Under the pieces are notes generated by a model. That model was not told the origin of the DNA. It made no database searches and saw only the letters and a list, made by a program, of their open reading frames with translations. Shown here piece after piece: positions 28,942 to 39,089 of a stretch of DNA of 64,000 nt. Within the stretch, counting starts at the first letter, position 1, and every line of letters starts with the position of its first letter. This stretch comes from an uncultured Cytophagales bacterium (GTDB taxonomy: Bacteria > Bacteroidota > Bacteroidia > Cytophagales > Spirosomataceae): positions 13,829-77,828 of the forward strand of contig CAWAJC010000009.1 in NCBI GenBank assembly GCA_963782245.1. Direction: 5' to 3'. The position numbers were made by a program, and so were the translations under genes.

Positions 28942-29763
28942 TCAAGGTTCAATAACCTGTTCTTTGGGACAGAAAAAAGTGGTACGTCCGCCCACAGTCG
29001 AGCGTTCAATACGGCAGCCACAGCGAGGGCAGAACTTGTGTGCTTCCACGTCATCATAGGGGGAATTATCCCATTCCCGGACGTGAATCAGGAAGCTGTT
29101 CGGAAAATCACGGTAGGTAGCTTCGTAACGAATTGCCGTGTTAAGCACGAGTCCAATAGCGCTGTGAATTCGGGTAATTTGATTACCCGTCAGCGTATTG
29201 GCCCGCTGTTCCGGATGAATAAACGCCTGAAAAAGAACCTCATCCACAATCCAGTTTCCCAGGCCAGCCACAACATTCTGATCCAGGAGCACTGGTTTGA
29301 TAAACGCTTTCTTTACTTGTAGCTTCCCTGCTAGCTCTGGCAGGGAGATCGTCAAACCATCCGGGCCAATTTTCTTCCGTTTCAGAAAGGCGTCAATATC
29401 GTCGACTAGGCCTACCCGCTCAAACTTACGCGGACACAAAAATCCCAGATTGAAGCCATTCGTAAACACAAAAACGATGCGGGCAAAACGGGGCCGGTCA
29501 AGTGAAGCGTGATAATAGGCAAGATCACCGGTCATGCCGAAGTGCATGTGAAGGATGACGCCGGGTTTGTCCGTTAATACAAACAGGTTTTTACCTACGC
29601 GCCGGGTGCTAATAAACTGTCTTCCCATGAGCGTTGTCACGAATGTAGGCGGGTCGGTTGCTATTAGTTTTTTATCCTCAATCTCAATCTGACTGATGGG
29701 CTGATGAAGTGAAGAGGTTTCGAGGTATTGCCGTCTAATGTCAACCTCTGGAAGTTCGGGCAT
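28942..29763 (-). CDS. Fpg/Nei family DNA glycosylase
   Basis: N-terminal MPELPEV, HFGMTG, H2TH motif LLDQNVVAGLGN and C-terminal Zn finger. Confidence 0.92.
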   Translation of the reverse strand: MPELPEVDIRRQYLETSSLHQPISQIEIEDKKLIATDPPTFVTTLMGRQFISTRRVGKNLFVLTDKPGVILHMHFGMTGDLAYYHASLDRPRFARIVFVFTNGFNLGFLCPRKFERVGLVDDIDAFLKRKKIGPDGLTISLPELAGKLQVKKAFIKPVLLDQNVVAGLGNWIVDEVLFQAFIHPEQRANTLTGNQITRIHSAIGLVLNTAIRYEATYRDFPNSFLIHVREWDNSPYDDVEAHKFCPRCGCRIERSTVGGRTTFFCPKEQVIEP

Positions 29764-30136
29764 CTTTGCGGGGAATTTGTGAAATAACTACGGGTGGTGG
29801 TTCCTTGTTTGGCCTAAATAGCCCGTTGAGGGTGTTTACTAGTCAGGAAAAGTCATTGATTATAAGGTCTATATATTTGATAGTCAGTGCGCCTTTTTCT
29901 CGCCGTTACCAGAGTCATAAGAAACATTTCTCAACAATAATCTGTTGTAGGGAGCAATAGGCTGGCGGAAACAAACGTTCCGATACTATTGGCCAAAGGA
30001 TTATTTCGGATTTCAGTCATAAACATTGATATTCTTACCCTTAAGAGACCTTAAATGTAGCAGACTCTACACAACCGCGAGAGCGGCTTTTTTACCAAGT
30101 TTGTGCATGTTCAATCATAAAAATTGAAAAAAAACA

Positions 30137-31072
30137 ATGGAAAATACCCCGCAAAAATCTAAGACCAACGGTGCTTTACTCGCGGCCTTAATTATTATGA
30201 CTGGCCTGGCTGGTGTAGCGAGTTACCTATACTTTGACGAGAAAAAAGTTGCCGAGAATCAGGAAGTAACCATTTCTGAGCGCGTTGAAGAACTGTCGAC
30301 AACCCGCGTTAAACTGGATTCGATTTCGACTGCTCTGGATGCCAAAATTGCTGAGGTACAAAAATTAGGGGGTGATGTTTCAGAACTCCAGAAAGTGAAA
30401 GCACAGCTGGAAGATGACAAAGCGTCGCTGAAAAGAGGCAATCGCATATCACTGGCCAAGTACGAGGCTAAGATCAAGCAATACGAAGCGTTCCTGATTG
30501 AAAAAGACACGCTGATCTCTAACCTTCAGCGTGAGAACGTGACGCTGGCTACCAACGTGAAAGTGCTGGATGAGGAAAACAGCGGTTTGAAAACGGAACG
30601 GCAACGGCTGGCTGACTCTGTAACTACGGTTGTATCGAAGAATGAAGAGCTGACCACTAAAGTTACCAGGGCTGCTGCACTCAAAGCACAGAACGTAAAG
30701 GTGTTTGCAGTGAACTCAAGGGGTAAGGTAAAAGAAGACGACTCATACAAGGCCAAGCGCCTGGACAAAATTAAGTTGGTTTACACGCTGCTGGACAACC
30801 CTCTGACCAAGGAAGAGCCCAAGGATGTGTACGTACGGGTGCTGGACCCATCGGGTGCAGTTGTGTCCGATATGGCCAATGGATCAGGAACGTTCAGCGT
30901 GGATGGTAACGAAACCATTTACACCACGAAGCAAACCGTGAACTACACGAACAACGGCAAGAACGTCGAACTGCTTTATACCCGTGGTATTCCGTACAAA
31001 GCGGGCAAATACACGGTAGAGTTATACTCGGAAGGTTTCCGGATAGGACAGGGTGAGTTTGCCATACGGTAA
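30137..31072 (+). CDS. Membrane-anchored coiled-coil protein with C-terminal beta-sandwich
   Basis: Single N-terminal TM, about 150 aa heptad-rich region, beta-rich tail (GKYTVELYSEG). Confidence 0.8.
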   Translation: MENTPQKSKTNGALLAALIIMTGLAGVASYLYFDEKKVAENQEVTISERVEELSTTRVKLDSISTALDAKIAEVQKLGGDVSELQKVKAQLEDDKASLKRGNRISLAKYEAKIKQYEAFLIEKDTLISNLQRENVTLATNVKVLDEENSGLKTERQRLADSVTTVVSKNEELTTKVTRAAALKAQNVKVFAVNSRGKVKEDDSYKAKRLDKIKLVYTLLDNPLTKEEPKDVYVRVLDPSGAVVSDMANGSGTFSVDGNETIYTTKQTVNYTNNGKNVELLYTRGIPYKAGKYTVELYSEGFRIGQGEFAIR

Positions 31073-31073
31073 C

Positions 31074-31143
31074 GTATTCAGTAAAGCCAAAAAAAAGCGC
31101 AGTACCCGACGGTACTGCGCTTTTTTTTGGCTTTACTGAATAC
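31074..31143. terminator. Bidirectional terminator within a perfect 33-bp inverted repeat
   Basis: GTATTCAGTAAAGCCA8GCGCAGTACC-cgac-exact reverse complement. Confidence 0.85.
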
Positions 31144-31570
31144 CGCTGAAATGTAGGCTGTCGGTTGAGTCTCCTGGCAAACTCAAACGCAGCAGTCTTC
31201 CCTGTTTTTCCATCCCGTTATTCGTGAAAACACGGTCGGTTCTCAGCGTGCCTACTGGTAAACCAGCTACCGTGAGTTGAAGACCATCCAATTGCTGTTT
31301 GACCAGTACGTTCTGGATAGACTGGCTACCCGGAGTCGGGTAGAGTTTGGTGTATGTAAGAGTCAACGTGCTATCCGATTCTGCTCTTAGCTCAGTGTAA
31401 GGCATTTTGTCGGTAGGGGTAGCCACGCGGGAAGGATCGAGATAAAGATTCGTACGATACAAACCCGCAGCTTGAGAGGCCAGCGAAGATGCGTTAGGTG
31501 AAATCCCATCCTCGTTGTAACAACCCGACAGCATTCCCAGCAATGAGCAGAAAAGCAGTGGTTTTTTCAT
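31133..31570 (-). CDS. Hypothetical lipoprotein
   Basis: Lipobox LSGC after [13 protein letters not shown]. Confidence 0.75.
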   Translation of the reverse strand: MKKPLLFCSLLGMLSGCYNEDGISPNASSLASQAAGLYRTNLYLDPSRVATPTDKMPYTELRAESDSTLTLTYTKLYPTPGSQSIQNVLVKQQLDGLQLTVAGLPVGTLRTDRVFTNNGMEKQGRLLRLSLPGDSTDSLHFSGIQ

Positions 31571-32440
31571 GGTGTATTGCTTGTTTGCTGAGTAGACCCC
31601 GATGACATTGAATTGGTTGGAGCATGATCTGCTTTTTTTTCACTTTCGCTTGCGTCGTTTTGCGCCAGTTCGACCCAAACCTTCATGTCGTTGAGTTGCA
31701 TAGGCCCAAACTGGGTGGTGAAAGCTACATCGGCGGCATCGCGTCCATAGGCTACCGTTATGCGATTGCCTTTCGGGTACTCCTGCGTTGCATCAAACGT
31801 AAACCACCGGCCATCGGCGTAGGCTTCAAACCAGGCGTGAAGGTCCATTGGATCGAGCTGATATAAGTAGCCAACCACCATGCGAGCCGGAATATTCAAC
31901 GCACGGCAGAGAGAAATACCCAGGTGAGTAAAGTCCCGGCAAACGCCAACCCGTTTGATTCGCCGTTTCTACGGCCGACGTACTGGCGTCGCTAGTTCCA
32001 TATTCATACTTTATGTTCTCATGAATCCATTTTCGGATGGCTTCGGCCTGATCGTAGCCCGGTTCAGCATCTTCGGTGATTTGAGTGGCGAGATTTCCCA
32101 ACTGGTCAGACTGGCAATAGCGGCTCGGTAGGGTGTAGTGCAACACGTCATCGGGTAACTCCTCAACCGGCGTATAGGGGGCGCCGGGCGCAACGTCGAT
32201 CAAATCGGCCGTTTGAACCGTAGCCGAAAAATGAATGGAGAAAGGACCTTCGGGGGCAACGACCCGCTGACACAGATTGCCGTACAGGTCCGTAAATTCT
32301 GTTACATTGACGATGGGTGTTATCTTGTATTCTTCCCGAACAATCCACTGACCGGCGCCGGAGCGGGGGCGTAACATCAGGATTAAGGGAGTTGGCGTTT
32401 GGGCGTCAAAAGACAGTTCACAGCCTGCGTCAAGTTGCAT
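31567..32440 (-). CDS. Transglutaminase-like family protein (frameshift near 31955)
   Basis: PSRYCQSD; GVCRDFTHL in the shifted frame; [13 protein letters not shown] and GRDAADV motifs. Confidence 0.88.
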
Positions 32441-32541
32441 CGTTTATTAGTTATATCGGTAGAGAATCGCGGTTTTTAAGAGGTAAACACGAAACGGTCT
32501 ATATAGTTGACGCAATGCTGCTTATTACTGATAATAGGCAG

Positions 32542-34167
32542 TTATTTCTTGATAATGACAAATTCTACCCGCCGGTTTTGCTGACGACCTACATCGGTAT
32601 CGTTCGTAGCCATTGGCTTTGTTTCGCCAAATCCCTTACTGGAAATGCGGTCTGGTTCAATGCCTTTGCTGATAAAATACTCCCGAACGGCGTCTGCTCT
32701 GTCCTGTGATAGCTTGTTGTTTATTTCGTCAGAGCCGGTATTATCCGTATGCCCGCGTACTTCGATAATCATTTTGGGGGCTTCATTGAACGTGGTAACC
32801 AGCCGGTCCAGTTCAGGGCCTGATTCGGGTCGGAGTTCCGATTTACCCGTGTCAAAGAATATGTTATTCAACCGAACGATGCTGCCTTCCTTTATAGCCA
32901 CCATTTTGATTTCCCGGCCTTTAATTTCCTGAAACGCTTTGGGCTGGGTCAAATCGACGTTATCGCCTTCCGCAATGAAATCTTTGGCAATGGCCCGCAT
33001 ACTATATTTCTGTCCGTAAGGCAGTACAATTTTGTATTCGCCCGTAATCGGGTCAGACGTAGCCTCACCCGCTTCGGCACCGTCGGGCAGGGTTTGGTAA
33101 ATGATCCGGGCTTCAATGGGTTTGCCCGTAATCTGATCAACAACTTTACCGCTAATGAGCGCAACCGGGTCGGGGCGGGTCACGTCCGTTGTGCCGGCAA
33201 CTTCACTGCCCCCGCCAACCTTACCCGGCTGGTTTGCGGGTTGATCACTGCTGAGTTTTGCCCGGACAATGTCGCCTTTGCCAAGCGTATTTTTGAACGT
33301 AGTGAGGTAAGCATAATCGCCGGATGCGCTGAGGGTGTAATACGCATCATACCCATCGGTATTCACTTTCGGACCCAGATTAACGGGTTTCGACCAATGC
33401 TTCCAGGTTTTGTCGACTCGCTTGCACACGTAAATGTCGTTACTACCCAGCCCCCCGTCCCGATTGCTGGAGAAATACAGGGTAGCCCCGTCAGGTGCCA
33501 GAAAAGGCGTAGTTTCGGTGAATCTAGTATTCACTTCATCCCCCAGATCCATCGGTTTGCTCCACGATCCGTCCTTCTGCCGAAAGCTGACGTAGATGTC
33601 GTCTTCCTTGCTGTTTTTCTTCTCGCTGAAGGCCATCAACAGTACTTTGCCATCCGCCGACAGAAACCCACAGTCAAACTGCCCCTTACTCATGCTGACG
33701 TAGTTGGGAATGTCCAGCTTTTGCGGGGGCGACCATCCGGTAGCGGTTTTTTTACTTAATGAGAAGCCACGGGTTTCGTAGTTGCCGTTATTATACTGTC
33801 CTTTAATGAGCATACTGTTGCCATCGGGCGTAATGCTGTAGGCGCAGTTGTATTCGTCTTTGTTGAGCGGGAAGCCCATGCGCCGGGCAGGACCCCAGCG
33901 GTTATTAACGGTGTCGAATTCTGAAAACCAGATATCCTGGCTGCCCTTATCGCCGTGCGTGTTGTTGGGATGACTGATGCGGGCAAAGTACAGGGTTTTT
34001 CCATCCGGCGAGATCATGGGATTAATCTCGTTATACTCCGAATTGACCTGATTCCCCAGATTTTCAACGTTCGTCGAATCCCGTGCCGGGGCACCGGGCT
34101 GACCAATGACCGACAGGGTAATTGACAGAAAAATCAGGCACAGGGCCAGGGCACCATTGGCATTCAT
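32542..34167 (-). CDS. OmpA-family protein with PD40 beta-propeller repeats
   Basis: Repeated P..SPDG.TLYF units; IEVRGHTDNTG...LSQDRA...NRRVE. Confidence 0.92.
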   Translation of the reverse strand: MNANGALALCLIFLSITLSVIGQPGAPARDSTNVENLGNQVNSEYNEINPMISPDGKTLYFARISHPNNTHGDKGSQDIWFSEFDTVNNRWGPARRMGFPLNKDEYNCAYSITPDGNSMLIKGQYNNGNYETRGFSLSKKTATGWSPPQKLDIPNYVSMSKGQFDCGFLSADGKVLLMAFSEKKNSKEDDIYVSFRQKDGSWSKPMDLGDEVNTRFTETTPFLAPDGATLYFSSNRDGGLGSNDIYVCKRVDKTWKHWSKPVNLGPKVNTDGYDAYYTLSASGDYAYLTTFKNTLGKGDIVRAKLSSDQPANQPGKVGGGSEVAGTTDVTRPDPVALISGKVVDQITGKPIEARIIYQTLPDGAEAGEATSDPITGEYKIVLPYGQKYSMRAIAKDFIAEGDNVDLTQPKAFQEIKGREIKMVAIKEGSIVRLNNIFFDTGKSELRPESGPELDRLVTTFNEAPKMIIEVRGHTDNTGSDEINNKLSQDRADAVREYFISKGIEPDRISSKGFGETKPMATNDTDVGRQQNRRVEFVIIKK

Positions 34168-34249
34168 ACAATTAGGTGAAGAGAAAGCGGAATACAGTTA
34201 CTCTAACTGAACGATACGAAGCGGATGTTTTGTATGTTGCTCAACTACC

Positions 34250-36544
34250 TCATACCACTATCCGCAGTTTGGCGAAACTTAACAGCAACGTACGCTCACC
34301 AGCTTGTTCAAACTGAATGGTTGCTTTCCGGTCTGTCCCATTCACATCTATTTTCTTGACGGTGCCGAATCCAAATTTAGCGTGTTCCACCCGCTGTCCT
34401 TCGGTCAGTTCGGCGGTGCTGGTTGGGGCAAAGTCGGCGGAGGGGGTATGGGATACCGTTGGCTGCGGTGCCTGCGAACGGGCCGTTTTCTGGGCCAGCG
34501 ACCGGACAAACGCCATTGAACCAGTCGAGGTGCTTTCGCTGCGGTCACGTTCGGGCCGGTCGAAATCCATTCGACTCGGTGCCGACCGTAACTTCGACAT
34601 CTTCAGGTATTTCTGGTCAATTTCCATCAAAAAACGGCTGGGTTCGCACATTTTCAGGCGGCCGTAATGGTAGCGTGTTTCGGCGTAGGAAATCGACAGG
34701 CGTTTTTCGGCGCGGGTAATAGCCACGTAGAACAGCCGCCGTTCTTCTTCCAGGTCGTTGCGGCTCTCGAGCATCATCTGGCTGGGGAACAGGTCTTCTT
34801 CCAGCCCGACGATATGTACGTTTTTAAATTCCAGCCCTTTTGCCGCGTGGATGGTCATCAGCGTAATCCGGTCGTTATCCCCGTCATCCTCTTTCTCATC
34901 GGCGGAGGTGAGCAACGAAACGGATTGCAGAAAAGCTCCCAGACTCTTTTCGTCGTTGTCCGGATTATCCACAAACTCTTTGATGGCGTTCAGCAATTCC
35001 TGCACGTTCTCGTAACGGGCCAATCCCTCCACGGTTTTGTCGTCGTACAGTTCCTTGAGCAGCCCCGAGGCTTTGGCAATGTGGGAGGCCACTTCGTATG
35101 CATCTTTCTGGTCCAGCAGGAGTTTAAAACTCTTGATTAAATCGGCAAAGGCTTCGATGGCCATAGACGCCCGCCCGGCGATGTGTTTGCCGATTTCGGC
35201 GACGATTTCCCAGATGGAATCCTGCTTCTCGGCCGCAATGACCGCAATTTTAGCAACTGTCGTATCGCCAATGCCGCGCTTGGGCAGGTTGATAATTCGT
35301 TTGAAGGCTTCCTCGTCCTGCTGATTGACCGTAAACCGCAGATAGGCAATCAAATCCTTGATTTCCTTACGCTGGTAGAAAGACAATCCGCCCACGATCC
35401 TGTATTTTATGCTCACTTTGCGCAGGGCTTCCTCAAATGCCCGCGACTGAGCATTGGTCCGGTACAGAATGGCGAAGTCGTTGTTCACGAGCGACTCGTT
35501 CATTTTGGCTTCGAAAATGGCCGAAGCCACCAGTCGCCCTTCTTCATTGTCCGACGAGGCTTTGATAACGTCAATCAGCGGACCTTCATCATTGGCCGTG
35601 AAGACGTGCTTCTCCAACTGGTTTTTGTTGCGGGCAATGATAGAGTTGGCGGCTTGTACAATGGTGTTGGTGGAGCGGTAATTCTGCTCCAGCTTCACTA
35701 TTTTGACGTTCTCCTTGCCGTAGTCGCGCTGGAAATTCAGGATGTTTTCGATGTTGGCACCCCGGAAGGCGTAGATACTCTGGGCATCATCCCCAACGAT
35801 ACAAATGTTCTCGTGAACGGCGGCCAGCTTGCGGGTTATCAGGTACTGTGACACGTTAGTATCCTGAAACTCATCCACCATTACATGTTGAAACTTGTGC
35901 TGGTACTTGTTCAGAATATCCAGGTGGTCGCGGAATAGCACGTTGGTATTGAACAGTAAATCGTCAAAATCCATTGCGTTGGCCGCAAAACACCGAACGC
36001 TGTACTGCTTGTAAATCCGTCCCGTGTGCGGCATCCGGGCCGATTCATCATCCGCCATGATGACGGCGTTGTTGAGATAATCGTCCGGTCCAATCAAGCG
36101 GTTTTTAGCCCCTGAGATACGCCCAAATACGCTGTTGACCCGGTACGTCTTGTCGTCCAAGCCCATCTCTTTGATGATGCTCCGCAGAAGTGATTTAGAG
36201 TCGTCGGTATCGTAGATGGAGAAGTTGCTGGTATAGCCAATGGCTTTGGCTTCAATCCGCAGAATCTTAGCAAATACGGAGTGAAATGTACCCATCCAGA
36301 TGTTGCGGGCTTCCGTGCCTACCACTTTTTCAATCCGGTTCCGCATCTCACCGGCTGCTTTATTGGTAAACGTCAGCGACAGTATCCGGAAGGGATCAAC
36401 ACCCTTTTCAATGAGGTAGGCAATGCGGTAAGTAAGCACACGGGTCTTACCCGAACCGGCGCCGGCAATAATCATCAAGGGGCCATTGCCGTGCATAACG
36501 GCTTCCCGCTGTGGGTCATTCAACCCGGAAATATAATCAACCAT
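34250..36544 (-). CDS. uvrD: UvrD/PcrA ATP-dependent DNA helicase
   Basis: AGAGSGKT, VDEFQDTN, GDDAQSIYAFRGA, TIHAAKGLEF and EERRLFYVAITRA motifs. Confidence 0.95.
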   Translation of the reverse strand: MVDYISGLNDPQREAVMHGNGPLMIIAGAGSGKTRVLTYRIAYLIEKGVDPFRILSLTFTNKAAGEMRNRIEKVVGTEARNIWMGTFHSVFAKILRIEAKAIGYTSNFSIYDTDDSKSLLRSIIKEMGLDDKTYRVNSVFGRISGAKNRLIGPDDYLNNAVIMADDESARMPHTGRIYKQYSVRCFAANAMDFDDLLFNTNVLFRDHLDILNKYQHKFQHVMVDEFQDTNVSQYLITRKLAAVHENICIVGDDAQSIYAFRGANIENILNFQRDYGKENVKIVKLEQNYRSTNTIVQAANSIIARNKNQLEKHVFTANDEGPLIDVIKASSDNEEGRLVASAIFEAKMNESLVNNDFAILYRTNAQSRAFEEALRKVSIKYRIVGGLSFYQRKEIKDLIAYLRFTVNQQDEEAFKRIINLPKRGIGDTTVAKIAVIAAEKQDSIWEIVAEIGKHIAGRASMAIEAFADLIKSFKLLLDQKDAYEVASHIAKASGLLKELYDDKTVEGLARYENVQELLNAIKEFVDNPDNDEKSLGAFLQSVSLLTSADEKEDDGDNDRITLMTIHAAKGLEFKNVHIVGLEEDLFPSQMMLESRNDLEEERRLFYVAITRAEKRLSISYAETRYHYGRLKMCEPSRFLMEIDQKYLKMSKLRSAPSRMDFDRPERDRSESTSTGSMAFVRSLAQKTARSQAPQPTVSHTPSADFAPTSTAELTEGQRVEHAKFGFGTVKKIDVNGTDRKATIQFEQAGERTLLLSFAKLRIVV

Positions 36545-36616
36545 TCAGCTCGTTTCTATCCGTATATAACCCATAAAAGTAGGAAATAATTTGGTTGGGG
36601 CCTTGTCAAAAAAAGG

Positions 36617-36624
36617 TATCTTTG
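36617..36624 (+). promoter_or_regulatory. -7 element for the Uma2 gene
   Basis: TATCTTTG matches TAnnTTTG. Confidence 0.6.
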
Positions 36625-36650
36625 AGGAGATGGCCAACGTTCAAAACGCT

Positions 36651-37217
36651 ATGACTGCTACACAAACATCCGATTCACTGTTGCCAACTCATCTGAAAAC
36701 AGTCGATGAGTTTGAGCAGTGGCAGGAGCAATATGCTCATGAGGGCAGTTACGAATTTGTTCGGGGGCGGATCATCGAAAAAAAGGAAATGAAACAGGCA
36801 GAATACTTGATTCTGAAATTTCTGACACGCTTGTTTACCCGGACAAAGGCTTACGAGAAAGGGGATGAACTAACGCCAGAAATGGATTCATACGTAGATA
36901 ATACGCGCAAACGTCGCCCCGACTTAGCCTATTTTACGCTCGAACAAATTGTAGAAACTGGACAGGGAATTCGCCAGAAAACCCGTTTTCCTATCGAAAT
37001 TCTGTCCGATTCAGAATCGTATAAAGAAGTTACCGATAAAATTCAGGATTATTTCGATGGTGGAGCTGAATTGGTCTGGTACATTGTTCCTGGACAGCAG
37101 AAGATTTACGTCTATTCATCCCCCGATGAGTCGAAAGCATACAAGGGGACCGAAATAATTTCGGCGGCTCCCGTCCTGCCGGATTTTCAATTTGCCGTAG
37201 CCGATTTATTCGCCTGA
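36651..37217 (+). CDS. Uma2-family PD-(D/E)XK endonuclease-like protein
   Basis: YEFVRGRI, RRPDLAY, IEILS, KIQDYF...VWYI and PVLPDF motifs. The start may be 36630. Confidence 0.88.
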   Translation: MTATQTSDSLLPTHLKTVDEFEQWQEQYAHEGSYEFVRGRIIEKKEMKQAEYLILKFLTRLFTRTKAYEKGDELTPEMDSYVDNTRKRRPDLAYFTLEQIVETGQGIRQKTRFPIEILSDSESYKEVTDKIQDYFDGGAELVWYIVPGQQKIYVYSSPDESKAYKGTEIISAAPVLPDFQFAVADLFA

Positions 37218-37221
37218 TTTT

Positions 37222-37663
37222 TTACACCATCGGCCCCATATTCACGTCCATCAGCGTCGATACCGACGAATTAGTGGCAATGCTCCCATTCCCCTTTGCC
37301 ATAGCGGAACCACTCGTGCGTATGGTAGCTGTAGACAAATCCTTCCAGAATGCCATAGTCATTGTCTTCTATAAGATGGATAATCTTCTTTAGGTCGTTT
37401 CGTTGCCCGTTAGTCTGGCAGACTTCAATGATGATTTTTGTTTCCTCGGCTGCTCTATCGTAAAGAAATACGTGAGGTACAGCATGACCGGGTCCTTGAT
37501 TTAATGGCGTTTCGGGCAATGGGATGAGCGTTATTGTGTGTTTGTGAAAGTACAGTATACCCAGTTCAATAGTGAGTTTGCTAATCACAAATTGATGCTC
37601 AGACGGGGAGTTCATTCCATCATTGTGGACCAGGAAGGATGAGCTATATGATTGATCATACAT
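37222..37663 (-). pseudogene. Degenerate or frameshifted Uma2-like protein
   Basis: P.EHQ, PE, VPHV (PD expected) and IIIEV motifs. Removing one G near 37292 extends the ORF to a stop at 37222. Confidence 0.55.
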
Positions 37664-37755
37664 AATTCATGTGCGTTTTGGTATCCTCTAAAGTACAGGA
37701 AAACAGGCTGGTAACTGAAGGAATGGGCAAACGACAATTTTTTATGAATTAGTAT

Positions 37756-37780
37756 GCAACATTCCCATTATTCCTGCATC
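37756..37780 (+). promoter_or_regulatory. Putative ECF-sigma promoter
   Basis: GCAAC-N15-GCATC upstream of the ECF sigma gene. Confidence 0.45.
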
Positions 37781-37824
37781 TTTCTTTCGTTGGTACCCTA
37801 AATCACTGCGCGCTGCTGAAACTG

Positions 37825-38433
37825 TTGGAATCGAACCGAAACCGTGCCCGTCCGGGCCAGGACAGTGGACTGCCCTACCCAGACCGCCATGCCGACCTGG
37901 TCAAACGCTGCCAACAGGGTGAGCGACGAGCCCAGTATGAGCTATACCAGCATTACGTGAAGGCCATGTATACCATTTGCCTGCGGATACTGAATCATGA
38001 AGCCGAAGCTGAAGATGTGTTGCAGGAAGCATTCATAGATGCGTTCGGTCATATTGCGTCTTTCCGGGGGCAGAGCACGTTTGGCGCGTGGCTGAAGCAG
38101 ATTGTAGTGAACCGGGCCATTAATCAGTTGCGCAGCAGGCGGCTGGAATTTATTGACCTGGATTCGTACCGACCCGGTGAGGAAGAGAGCGAGTTGGCCG
38201 ACCGGCTCGACGTTGCCGATGTGGAGCCAGTTGACGAAGAGGCCATTACTCTGGAAGTAGAGCGGGTAAAACGGGCCATGCAGCAGCTGCCCGAAGGCTA
38301 CCGGGTCGTTTTGTCCCTCTACTTGTTTGAAGGCTACGATCACGAAGAAATTGGCAACGTACTGGGCATCAGCGAAACAACATCGAGAACGCAGTATTTG
38401 CGGGGTAAAAAACGATTGCTTGACTTATTATAA
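37825..38433 (+). CDS. ECF sigma-70 factor
   Basis: AEDVLQEAF, FGAWLKQIVVN and LPEGYRVV...EGYDHEEI motifs; TTG start. Confidence 0.93.
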   Translation: MESNRNRARPGQDSGLPYPDRHADLVKRCQQGERRAQYELYQHYVKAMYTICLRILNHEAEAEDVLQEAFIDAFGHIASFRGQSTFGAWLKQIVVNRAINQLRSRRLEFIDLDSYRPGEEESELADRLDVADVEPVDEEAITLEVERVKRAMQQLPEGYRVVLSLYLFEGYDHEEIGNVLGISETTSRTQYLRGKKRLLDLL

Positions 38434-38492
38434 CGTACTCAACTTACGAACAACAACAATGAACGACGACCGTAGCGGAAGTCGGTACCAAT

Positions 38493-39089
38493 ATGAAGAA
38501 AGATAACCTGGAACGCTTCGTCCGCGACAACCGCGAAGCATTTGACGATGAGGAGCCTGCCCATGACTTATGGCTGAAAATAGAAGCGGGTCTGGACAAA
38601 CAGGTACCCGACAGAAGTAACCCATTTCGGGAGGTGCACAAAAATCGCTGGCAGTCTGGCGGGCAGCAAATTGGCTGGCCTATGCTCAACTGGCGCGTGG
38701 CTGCTTCTATCGCCATGCTGTTGCTTGCGGGTTGTTTCTTCTACGTCAACCACCGGTACGGTGTTGCGCAACAGCCTTTGCTGGTAGCAGCCAGCCCCGG
38801 TTATGCCAGAGAAGTGGTGCAGTATACCCGGCTTATTGACGATAAACGGGCCGAGTTGAAGCAGATGACAGAAAATAATCCTGACTTGTACCAGGAGTTT
38901 TCCGCCGACCTTAACCGGCTCGAAAAATCCTACCGGTCTCTGAAAGCTGATTTTCCGAAAAATCCAAATCAGGAAGTGTTGATTCAGGCTATGATTCAGA
39001 ATTTACAACTGCAGATCAACCTGCTTAATGAACAGTTTCGCGTTATTCAGCGCATTAAACAACAACTCAATGAAACGAATCCTGTATAG
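38493..39089 (+). CDS. Putative anti-sigma factor (single TM)
   Basis: N-terminal LERFVRDNREAFD...LWLKIEA, TM WRVAASIAMLL, helical periplasmic domain. Confidence 0.8.
   Translation: MKKDNLERFVRDNREAFDDEEPAHDLWLKIEAGLDKQVPDRSNPFREVHKNRWQSGGQQIGWPMLNWRVAASIAMLLLAGCFFYVNHRYGVAQQPLLVAASPGYAREVVQYTRLIDDKRAELKQMTENNPDLYQEFSADLNRLEKSYRSLKADFPKNPNQEVLIQAMIQNLQLQINLLNEQFRVIQRIKQQLNETNPV

Noticed and set aside
28942-29040. Fpg zinc finger CxxC...CxxE lacking the fourth Cys
   Set aside because: Variant fingers occur in Fpg/Nei paralogs, and a single residue in an error-prone assembly is weak evidence.
29764-30136. Short ORF 29766-29960 in an AT-rich spacer
   Set aside because: It has a non-ATG start and no coding signature. 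The region is better explained as divergent promoter DNA.
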